In this document: one piece after another, positions 36,374 through 44,900 of the stretch
Layout of the letters: every line of letters begins with the position of its first letter
Numbering within the stretch: position 1 is the first letter of the stretch
Virus record (IMG/VR): IMGVR_UViG_3300045988_040927
Span: 1 to 60,467 of that record
Length of the DNA stretch: 60,467 nt
Origin: a virus
Strand: one strand, 5' to 3'
Notes under the pieces: generated by a model
The model's database searches: none
What the model saw: only the letters and a program-made list of their open reading frames with translations
Told to the model about the DNA's origin: nothing
Program-made: the position numbers and the translations under genes

Positions 36374-37135
36374 ATGAAAGGAGCAAAAGTACGTTTATAT
36401 TTAAAACGTAATTCACCAACAATAGTGTCTTGTATAGGTGCAGTTGGAGTCGTAGCTACTACTATTGCAGCAATAAAGGCTACACCTAAAGCTTTGTCAC
36501 TGATCGAGGATGAGAAAGCATGTATTAATAAGCAACTCGAACAAGGCGGATGGCAAACTAGAATTGATAAACTGACTACTGCTGAGACTATTAAAGCTAC
36601 TTGGAAATGTTATATTCCAACGGCGGTAATAGGACTTTCCACAATAACCTGTATATTTGGAGCAAATGCACTAAATAAGAATCAACAGGCAGCACTTACA
36701 AGCGCTTATATTCTTTTAGATAATGCCTATAAAGAGTATAAGAGTAAAGTTAGTAGCTTACTCGGTGAGGATGCTAATGTACATATTCAGAAGTCTATAG
36801 TCGAAGATCGGTATGCCGATGCTGATATTTCAGTGTCTGATGAAAACCAATTGTTCTATGAATACAATTATGGAGAATTCTTTGAACGTACAAAAACTCA
36901 AGTATTAAATGCTGAGTATAGCTTCAACCAAAAATTTATATCTGATGGATATGCCACATTAAACGACTTCTATGAATTGCTCGGTTTACCTAAAACACAA
37001 GAAGGCGAAATTATAGGTTGGTCAGTTCAAGAAGGATATTTGTTAGTAGACTTTGAACATGAACTATTAGAGATGGAAGATGGTATGGAATGTACAATTA
37101 TAAATCTACCAGTTGCACCATCTATTGCATATTAA
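36374..37135 (+). CDS. Two-TM membrane protein, paralogue 2 of 4
   Basis: SPTIVSCIGAVGVVATTIAAIKAT, YIPTAVIGLSTITCIFGANALNKNQQAAL and LNDFYELLGLPKTQEGEIIGW are all collinear with 32976..33728. Confidence 0.7.
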   Translation: MKGAKVRLYLKRNSPTIVSCIGAVGVVATTIAAIKATPKALSLIEDEKACINKQLEQGGWQTRIDKLTTAETIKATWKCYIPTAVIGLSTITCIFGANALNKNQQAALTSAYILLDNAYKEYKSKVSSLLGEDANVHIQKSIVEDRYADADISVSDENQLFYEYNYGEFFERTKTQVLNAEYSFNQKFISDGYATLNDFYELLGLPKTQEGEIIGWSVQEGYLLVDFEHELLEMEDGMECTIINLPVAPSIAY

Positions 37136-37138
37136 GTT

Positions 37139-37165
37139 CGCAAAAATTACACGTTGTATTATGGA
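37139..37165 (+). promoter_or_regulatory. 27-bp conserved motif, copy 11
   Basis: CGCAAAAATTACACGTTGTATTATGGA, 16 nt before ATG 37182. Confidence 0.6.
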
Positions 37166-37181
37166 AAGGAGTGAAAGCTTT

Positions 37182-37352
37182 ATGAATAATTTAAAAGCAC
37201 TTAAAATCGTTGGAGCAGTATTATCTGTAATCGGTGCTGGTGTATCGCTTGGAATGAGCGCAATCAGCGACAAGAAAACAGATCTTGAGCTTGACGAAAA
37301 GGTGGCACAAAAAGTAGCAGAAGCTATCGCTAAAGCAAGTGAGGAGTCCTAA
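37182..37352 (+). CDS. Small single-pass membrane protein (56 aa)
   Basis: ATG 37182 follows GGAAAGGAGTG. TM helix LKIVGAVLSVIGAGVSLGMSAI. A terminator overlaps the stop. Confidence 0.5.
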   Translation: MNNLKALKIVGAVLSVIGAGVSLGMSAISDKKTDLELDEKVAQKVAEAIAKASEES

Positions 37353-37371
37353 CAAGGGCTCTTCAGTTTTT
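37344..37371 (+). terminator. Terminator overlapping the stop codon (GAGTCC-TAACAA-GGGCTC module, third copy)
   Basis: Hairpin followed by TTCAGTTTTT. Confidence 0.55.
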
Positions 37372-37382
37372 GGGAGGACATT

Positions 37383-37718
37383 ATGGACGAAATAATAATG
37401 AAGATTCAAAAGTATATAGACGAGTCCTTATTTGAACCTCATATAAATTGGCCAAAATACGAATTTCTCAGACGTAGTTATTCACGCTGGGCTGCCAATG
37501 AGATTTTATGTCGTATTTTAAAGGAGTCATTAAAACCACCGCCGTATATTACAGGTTTTGAACCAGAGACTCCATCAGCGATTATCAGAGAGTTTATAGA
37601 CGAAATGGATTACTATTCCGACATAAGCACCGATAATAAAAAACAGCGTATATTCATTATTGCTAAGGAAACAGCAATAGACATTAACACATTTATATTT
37701 GAAAGGAGACTAGCATGA
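37383..37718 (+). CDS. Hypothetical protein
   Basis: 111 aa with a GGGAGGA SD, coupled to the next gene by an ATGA overlap. Confidence 0.5.
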   Translation: MDEIIMKIQKYIDESLFEPHINWPKYEFLRRSYSRWAANEILCRILKESLKPPPYITGFEPETPSAIIREFIDEMDYYSDISTDNKKQRIFIIAKETAIDINTFIFERRLA

Positions 37719-38494
37719 GTAAAGTTAATTTATCTACAATTGCTAAAAATGTTCACGCATCAACTGTAAAACATCAGCCAGAGATTCTTACTGGTATAGG
37801 TATTGCAGGTATGCTTACGACAACAGTCATGGCTGTAACTGCGACACCTAAAGCGTTAGATCTTATGGCGGAGATCAAAGAAAACCATGAGGAGGACACA
37901 GACAAAAAAGCCTATGCTAAAGATATTGTTCTTAGAGTAGCGCCTGTTTATATTCCGGCAGCTATTATTGGCATATTGTCAGCATCCTGTCTAATTGGCG
38001 CTAATTCAGTAAACCTTAAACGTAATGCAGCATTGGCTACAGCATACACTCTTTCTGAGTCAGCATTGAATGACTATCGAGGTAAGGTAATTGAAACGCT
38101 CGGAGAGAAAAAGGATAGAGCAGTAAGAGATGCTATCGCTAAAGATAAGATCGAACAGAATCCGGTTGTAGACAGAGAGGTCATCATTACTAATAATGGT
38201 GAAACTCTTTGCTACGATGTTCTCTCTGGACGATATTTTAAATCTGATATTGAGAAACTTAAGCGGGCTACAAATGAACTTAATCGCAAAATGTTAAGTG
38301 ATAATTATATTTCCCTTAACGAGTTCTATGATGAAATAGGCTTGAACTATACGAAAGTCGGTGAAAATATCGGATGGAATATTAGTCGAGGATATATTGA
38401 ACTCGACTTTAGTTCTCAGTTAACAGCCAAAGGCGAACCATGTTTGGTTATTGATTATCGTGTAGAGCCTCGCTATAACTATGACCGATGCTGA
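37715..38494 (+). CDS. Two-TM membrane protein, paralogue 3 of 4
   Basis: QPEILTGIGIAGMLTTTVMAVTAT, YIPAAIIGILSASCLIGANSVNLKRNAAL and LNEFYDEIGLNYTKVGENIGW. Confidence 0.7.
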   Translation: MSKVNLSTIAKNVHASTVKHQPEILTGIGIAGMLTTTVMAVTATPKALDLMAEIKENHEEDTDKKAYAKDIVLRVAPVYIPAAIIGILSASCLIGANSVNLKRNAALATAYTLSESALNDYRGKVIETLGEKKDRAVRDAIAKDKIEQNPVVDREVIITNNGETLCYDVLSGRYFKSDIEKLKRATNELNRKMLSDNYISLNEFYDEIGLNYTKVGENIGWNISRGYIELDFSSQLTAKGEPCLVIDYRVEPRYNYDRC

Positions 38495-38496
38495 TA

Positions 38497-38523
38497 CGCG
38501 AAAAATACATATAGTATTATGGT
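38497..38523 (+). promoter_or_regulatory. 27-bp conserved motif, copy 12
   Basis: CGCGAAAAATACATATAGTATTATGGT, 44 nt before ATG 38568. Confidence 0.55.
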
Positions 38524-38567
38524 AGAACATACCGAAATAAATTAAATTTCTTAGGAGGAAATTAAAA

Positions 38568-38813
38568 ATGGAAACAAACGAAATTTTGACAAACGAAGAG
38601 GTTCAGAATGCAACAGAAGAGCTTGCTACTACAGCTTCAGAAAACGGTGTTGGTGTTGGCATGGCAATTGGTGCAGCAGTAGTGCTTGTAGGTGCAGCAG
38701 CTTATAAGTACATAGCTAGACCACTTGCGGCTAAGATCAAGGCAAAAAAAGAAGCTAAGGAAACAGCTGAAGTTAAGTCTGACTGTAACGAAGTCACAGA
38801 AGATGTTGAGTAA
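38568..38813 (+). CDS. Single-pass membrane protein
   Basis: 81 aa with an AGGAGGA SD. TM helix GVGVGMAIGAAVVLVGAAAY. Confidence 0.5.
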   Translation: METNEILTNEEVQNATEELATTASENGVGVGMAIGAAVVLVGAAAYKYIARPLAAKIKAKKEAKETAEVKSDCNEVTEDVE

Positions 38814-38856
38814 TTTGATTCTAAAGAAATCGAATATTTGACTATGTTCAACAAAA

Positions 38857-38897
38857 GGGAGAGTACCTGTAACAGGGTACTTTCTCTTTTTGCTTTT
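38857..38897 (+). terminator. Intrinsic terminator
   Basis: A long imperfect stem GGGAGAGTACCTG-taa-CAGGGTACTTTCTC followed by TTTTTGCTTTT. Confidence 0.65.
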
Positions 38898-38914
38898 ATG
38901 AAAGGAGATAGTTG

Positions 38915-39520
38915 ATGGAAAACTATAAACCAAATTCCCATAAATCAAAGGAACAGCAAGAACCAGTACCTGAAAAGAAACTTGAGAAAGTTGTTCAGGG
39001 TAAAGTTACAACCAAAAAGAAAAGTGAAGTTAGCAAGCTCGCAGATATATTTGTACCTGGAGATGTAGCTAACGTTAAATCTTATGTTGTTATGGATGTG
39101 CTTGTTCCAGCTGTTAAAAAAGCAATTTCTGATATTGTTACGAACGGTATTGACATGATTCTCTATGGCGAAAGTGGACGTACTAGAAAGAGTGGTCCAG
39201 CATCCAGAGTATCATACAGTCAATATTATGATCGTGACAGAGTAAGAAGAGATCGTGAACCAGTTGCACCAAGAGCTAACTACAGTTACAACGATATTCT
39301 TTTGGATAATCGTGGAGAAGCTGAGGAAGTTCTTGCAAGGATGGACGAATTAGTGGCTACATACGGAATGGTAAGTGTAGCTGATTTAAACGAACTTGTC
39401 GGCATTACTGGTAACTATACAGACAATAATTATGGTTGGACCAATATTAAGTCTGCGTATGTGCAAAGGGTACGTGATGGATATTTGCTCAAACTGCCAA
39501 GAGCAATTCCGATTGATTAA
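38915..39520 (+). CDS. Soluble basic protein sharing the family's C-terminal ..L.ELVGI...GW module
   Basis: ATG 38915 lies 8 nt after AAAGGAG. GMVSVADLNELVGITGNYTDNNYGWTN resembles the LN[DE]xY[DE]xxG...GW motif of the paralogues. Confidence 0.5.
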   Translation: MENYKPNSHKSKEQQEPVPEKKLEKVVQGKVTTKKKSEVSKLADIFVPGDVANVKSYVVMDVLVPAVKKAISDIVTNGIDMILYGESGRTRKSGPASRVSYSQYYDRDRVRRDREPVAPRANYSYNDILLDNRGEAEEVLARMDELVATYGMVSVADLNELVGITGNYTDNNYGWTNIKSAYVQRVRDGYLLKLPRAIPID

Positions 39521-39537
39521 TGGAGGTGTTTATATTT

Positions 39538-39825
39538 ATGTATGAATCAAACGATGCAATGGTATCTCATCCAAACCATTATCAATCAAAAGCGGGAATG
39601 GAAGTCATCGATGTAATTGAGGCTTTCACTGAGGATTTAAACGGCATTGAGGCCGTAGATACAGCGAATGTACTTAAGTATATTTGCCGCTGGAAACATA
39701 AGAACGGTAAACAAGATCTTGAGAAGGCTATGTGGTATCTTCAGCATTTACTTGATCATGTTGCCGCTGAAGAAATTAATCAAATATCAAAAATTAATCA
39801 AATATCAAACGAAAAGGAGAACTAA
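39538..39825 (+). CDS. DUF3310-like protein
   Basis: HPNHYQ...EVIDVIEAF...NVLKYICRWKHKNGKQDLEKAMWYL is the DUF3310 pattern (from memory). ATG 39538 follows GGAGGTG. The C-terminus carries an 18-bp tandem duplication. Confidence 0.6.
   Translation: MYESNDAMVSHPNHYQSKAGMEVIDVIEAFTEDLNGIEAVDTANVLKYICRWKHKNGKQDLEKAMWYLQHLLDHVAAEEINQISKINQISNEKEN
39775..39810 (+). repeat. 18-bp tandem duplication in the DUF3310-like gene
   Basis: ATTAATCAAATATCAAAA / ATTAATCAAATATCAAAC, encoding INQISK INQISN. Confidence 0.8.
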
Positions 39826-39827
39826 TC

Positions 39828-40835
39828 ATGAATAAAACTGAAATCATGAACAAAATCACAAGAGCAGCTCATAAGACTGGTTTTGCTCTTAAACAACACA
39901 GTCCTGAAATTCTTGCAGTGACTGGTACAGTAGGCGTTGTAGCAAGCGCAGTATTGGCATGTAAAGCTACAACAAAAGTTAATGGTATTATAGAAGACAC
40001 AAAATCTCAAATCCACGAGCTTCATCTTGTAGCTTCTGCGGCTGGTATTGAAGAAAAGAAAGAAGAATATTCAGCTGAAGACGCTGAAAAGCTCGAAGTA
40101 TTAAAAATGCATACCGTAGTTCAAGGATATACGGCTGAAGATTCTCGTAAAGATTTAACTCTTATTTATGTTCAAACAGGCATTAAATTTATTAAGTTAT
40201 ATGCACCTGCTATCATTCTTGGAGCTGCATCTCTTAGCTGCTTGCTTGCTTCTAATAACATTTTACGTAAGAGAAACGCTGCTCTCGCTGCCGCATACGC
40301 TACAATCGACAAAGGTTTCAAAGAATACAGAAGTCGCGTTGTTGAACGTTTCGGTGAAGAAGTTGATAAAGAACTTAAATACAATGTTAAGGCTCAAGAG
40401 ATTGAGGAGACTGTTATTGACAAAAACGGCAAAGAAAAGACTGTTAAAAAGACAGTAAAGGTTGCAAATCCAAATGAACACAGTGAATACGCTCGTTTCT
40501 TTGACGATGGTTGCACTGGATGGGAAAAGAACTCAGAGTATAATTTAGCTTTTCTTAACTCTCAGCAAAACTATGCAAACGACAAGCTCAGAGCTCAAGG
40601 ATATTTATTCCTCAATGAAGTTTATGAGATGCTCGGTATTCCAGCAACAAAAGCAGGTCAAGTTGTAGGTTGGATTTATAATCCGGATGATCCAAAGAGC
40701 GGCGATAACTATGTTGATTTCGGTATCTATGATATTTATAACGAAAAATGTCGTGACTTTGTAAACGGTTATGAACGTACAATCTTACTTGACTTCAATG
40801 TTGATGGCTATATTCTCGACAAAGTTGCATTCTAA
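39828..40835 (+). CDS. Two-TM membrane protein, paralogue 4 of 4 (longest, with an insertion between the TM helices)
   Basis: SPEILAVTGTVGVVASAVLACKAT, YAPAIILGAASLSCLLASNNILRKRNAAL and LNEVYEMLGIPATKAGQVVGW. Confidence 0.7.
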   Translation: MNKTEIMNKITRAAHKTGFALKQHSPEILAVTGTVGVVASAVLACKATTKVNGIIEDTKSQIHELHLVASAAGIEEKKEEYSAEDAEKLEVLKMHTVVQGYTAEDSRKDLTLIYVQTGIKFIKLYAPAIILGAASLSCLLASNNILRKRNAALAAAYATIDKGFKEYRSRVVERFGEEVDKELKYNVKAQEIEETVIDKNGKEKTVKKTVKVANPNEHSEYARFFDDGCTGWEKNSEYNLAFLNSQQNYANDKLRAQGYLFLNEVYEMLGIPATKAGQVVGWIYNPDDPKSGDNYVDFGIYDIYNEKCRDFVNGYERTILLDFNVDGYILDKVAF

Positions 40836-40854
40836 ACTATAAGAAGGAGAGACT

Positions 40855-41412
40855 ATGAATAATACAGTTAAAGGTTTATTGATATTTGCTGCCGGGGCTG
40901 CTGTTGGTTCAGTAGCCACTTGGCAATTTGTCAAGAAAAAATATGAGCGAATTGCTCAGGAAGAGATTGATTCAGTTAAAGAGGTATTTTCAAGAAAGCA
41001 AGAAACCCCTATTCCAGATGAGGAAGAACCAGAAGAAGCTCCATATGAATTTACTGAGAAAGAGGTTCAGGAGCAAAAGGATATTATTGAGGAATGCGGC
41101 TATATGCAAAAAGAAGATATTAAGTCAGCAAAACCAACTGTAATTTCACCAGACGAATTTGGTGAGATCGATGGATATGATGAAGTCAGTCTCACATATT
41201 ACATCGACGGTGTTCTTGCTGACGAAAATGACGAACCGGTTGAAGATGTGGATAACATTATAGGGTTTGAATCCTTGAATCATTTCGGAGAATATGAGGA
41301 TGATTCAGTATTTGTAAGAAATGATAGATTACGTTGCGATTTTGAAATCCTTCTCGATCAAAGGAATTACTCAGACGTTATTAAAACTAAGCCACATCCA
41401 GTGGAGGAATAA
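40855..41412 (+). CDS. N-terminally anchored acidic protein
   Basis: 185 aa with a GGAGAG SD. TM helix LLIFAAGAAVGSVATWQFV, then an E/D-rich domain. Confidence 0.55.
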   Translation: MNNTVKGLLIFAAGAAVGSVATWQFVKKKYERIAQEEIDSVKEVFSRKQETPIPDEEEPEEAPYEFTEKEVQEQKDIIEECGYMQKEDIKSAKPTVISPDEFGEIDGYDEVSLTYYIDGVLADENDEPVEDVDNIIGFESLNHFGEYEDDSVFVRNDRLRCDFEILLDQRNYSDVIKTKPHPVEE

Positions 41413-41963
41413 TGACACGAGATGAGCTAATTAATGAATATTTTGATTGGATGTGCCAACTCGTATCTGATAAGCGTTATACAAGAAATCAATCATACAG
41501 AAAGCTACTATCCAAACTTCATAATATAGATTTTGTTTATGCAATTGATATGGATGGAAATAGGGCTGCTGATGGTATTGATTTGAGATATTATTTCGGA
41601 GGCGAGCGTGGCTATGAAGATTATATTATCACATCATTCTTAGATGATAGACCTTGCAGCATTCTAGAAATGATGATAGCTCTTGCTAAGCGTTGTGAAA
41701 ATATTATGGAAGATCCTGAGATAGGTGACAGAACTGCGCAATGGTTTTGGGAGATGATATCTAATCTTGGTCTTTATGACATGTATGATTCTAATTTTGA
41801 TAGAAACTATGTTGAAGGGACTATTGATATTTTCCTTAATCGAGGATACGAACAAAACGGCAAGGGCGGTCTATTTGTGATCAAGCATCCAAAACGTGAT
41901 TTAAGAACTGTTGAAATCTGGTATCAAATGAATTGGTATTTAGATAGCATTTTAAATATTTAG
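41412..41963 (+). CDS. Hypothetical conserved phage protein
   Basis: 183 aa, coupled by a TAATG overlap. Confidence 0.55.
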   Translation: MTRDELINEYFDWMCQLVSDKRYTRNQSYRKLLSKLHNIDFVYAIDMDGNRAADGIDLRYYFGGERGYEDYIITSFLDDRPCSILEMMIALAKRCENIMEDPEIGDRTAQWFWEMISNLGLYDMYDSNFDRNYVEGTIDIFLNRGYEQNGKGGLFVIKHPKRDLRTVEIWYQMNWYLDSILNI

Positions 41964-41977
41964 AAAGGAGAAACGCG

Positions 41978-44900
41978 ATGATTGACTTTTTAATGATTTC
42001 TACGCGTACTAAGAAATCTGGCGTAACAGAAATCTATCCAAAGTTTATCATTAAGAGATCTTCCGATCTAATGATTCGCGGTGGCGATTTCTATGCGATA
42101 TGGATTGAAGAGCGTGGATTATGGTCTACAGATGAAAACGACGCTCTACAATTAATTGACCGTGAGCTTGATAATTTTGCAAAAGAGAATCGTCAAAAGC
42201 TCGGCGATAATTGTATCATTTTGCATATGTGGGACGCTGAAACCGGTATGGTTGATTCTTGGCATAAATACTGTCAAAAGCAGATGCGAGATTCGTTTCA
42301 TATGCTTGATGAGAAACTTATATTTTCAAATGATGAGACTGATAAGAAAGATTATGCTAGTAAAAGACTCAGCTATCCTCTTGAACAAGGCAGCATCGAA
42401 GCCTATGACAAATTGATATCTACTCTTTATACAAAAGAGGAAAGAGAGAAAATTGAGTGGGCTATAGGTGCTATTGTTTCAGGTGACTCTAAGAAAATAC
42501 AAAAGTTCATGGTTCTATATGGTGCAGCAGGTACTGGTAAGTCAACAATATTAAACATCATTCAGATGTTATTTGAGGGATATTATTCAGTATTTGATGC
42601 TAAGGCATTAGGATCTTCTAGCAACGCATTTGCATTAGAAGCATTTAAAACGAATCCACTTGTAGCTATCCAGCATGATGGTGACTTGTCAAGAATCGAA
42701 GATAATACTAGACTTAACAGCTTGGTTTCTCACGAATTGATGACAGTTAATGAGAAATTCAAATCCACATATACAAATCAATTCAAAGCTTTCCTATTCA
42801 TGGGTACCAATAAACCAGTAAAAATTACGGATGCTAAATCAGGTCTTATTCGAAGATTGATTGATGTATCACCATCTGGAAACAAGGTTAGTCCTAAAGA
42901 GTATAAGGCTATAATGAAGCAAATTGAATTTGAATTGGGCGGCATTGCTTATCATTGTAAGGAAGTATATATGAGTAACCGTGGACGTTATGACGACTAT
43001 ATTCCAGTTACAATGCTCGGTGCCTCTAATGATTTCTATAACTTCATTATTGATTCCTATCATATTTTCAAAAGAGATGATAGTACGACTTTAAAAGCAG
43101 CATGGAGTATGTATAACACATATTGCGAGGAAGCAAAGGTCACTTATCCATATTCCCAACGCATATTTAAAGAAGAACTTAAGAACTATTTTAGAGATTA
43201 CAAGGAACGTTTCAATCTTGCTAATGGTTCAAGAGTCAGAAGTTACTACAGCGGATTCAGGACTGAAAAGTTTGAAGAGGACATTACAAAAGAGCCGGAA
43301 GAGACTCCGGAATTGAGAACTATTAACTTTGAAAGTATAGATTCTATATTTGATAAAGAATGTAGTGAATGCCCGGCACAATATGCTACTCAAAACGGAA
43401 CACCATTAGAAAAATGGGACAAGGTGATTTCTAAGTTATCTGATTTAGATACTTCTAAAATTCACTTTGTTAAAGTTCCTGAGAATCATATTGTCATTGA
43501 CTTTGATATTCCTGATGAGAGTGGTAATAAAAGCTTTGAAAAGAATTTACAAGCGGCTAGTAAATGGCCGCCTACATACGCTGAATTAAGCAAAAGCGGT
43601 GCAGGGATACATCTTCATTATATTTATACAGGAGATGTGACAAAACTGAGCCGTGTTTATGATGATCACATAGAAATTAAAGTATTTTCTGGTAAGTCTT
43701 CACTTAGACGAAAGCTTACATTGTGTAATGACTTACCTATTGCGAATATTAGCTCCGGTTTACCACTGAAAGGAGAACAAAACATGGTAAATTTTGAAGC
43801 GATAAAAAGCGAGAAAAGTATTAGGACCTTGATTAAACGAAATCTCAATAAAGAGATTCATCCAGGTACTAAACCAAGTATCGACTTTATTAACAAAATA
43901 CTGAACGACGCATATTCGAGCGGAATGAAATACGATGTAACCGATATGCGAAATGCAGTATTAGCATTTGCGGCAAACAGCACTAATCAAGCTAGTTATT
44001 GTATTAAACTAGTTAATCAAATGCATTTTAAATCTGATGAGCCATCAGCTGGGATGAGCAGTGAGGATGAAAAAATGGTGTTCTATGATGTCGAAGTCTT
44101 TCCTAATCTATTTTTAGTAAACTGGAAAGTCGAAGGCGAAGGAAAACCAGTAGTAAGAATGATCAACCCTACTCCAACTGAAATTGAAGGCTTGATGCGA
44201 ATGAAATTGGTTGGGTTCAACTGCCGCAGATATGATAACCATATTCTATACGCTCGTTTAATGGGATATACGAACGAGCAGTTATTCGATTTATCTCAAA
44301 AGATTGTTAACGGAAGTAGAAATGCTTTCTTTGGTGAAGCTTATAATGCATCATACACAGATGTTTATGACTTTGCTGCTAAGAAACAGTCTTTGAAAAA
44401 ATGGGAAATTGAATTGGGTATTCACCATCAGGAGCTTGGACTTCCTTGGGATCAGCCTGTTCCTGAAGAGATGTGGACTAAAGTCGCTGAATATTGCGAC
44501 AATGACGTTATTGCAACTGAAGCAGTATTTAATCATCTTAAAGGTGATTTCATAGCTCGTGAAATTCTGGCAAATCTTGCTGGCATGACTGTTAACGATA
44601 CAACTAACAGCCTCACAACCAGAATCATTTTCGGCAGAGAACGTAATCCAGAATTAGTCTATACAGATTTGTCTGAGACTTTTCCTGGATATATGTTTGC
44701 TACATGGAAGGAGTATTACGAACAACATCCTGAGTATATTCCTGAAGATAAAGATCTGTATGCTGAGAGATTAAAAGATGGTACGACACGTAATTTATAT
44801 CGTGGCACAGATCTTGGCTTTGGTGGTTATGTGTATGCTGAACCAGGCATGTATGTACTTGCAGCGTTACTTGATGTTGCTAGTTTGCATCCGCACTCAG

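Noticed and set aside
32400-38530. A CRISPR-like array, because a short conserved element recurs many times.
   Set aside because: The element is degenerate (27 bp, roughly half the positions fixed). Spacing is irregular, from 240 bp to over 1 kb. Every interval contains an SD-led ORF and often a terminator. This is a promoter/cassette architecture, not repeat-spacer.
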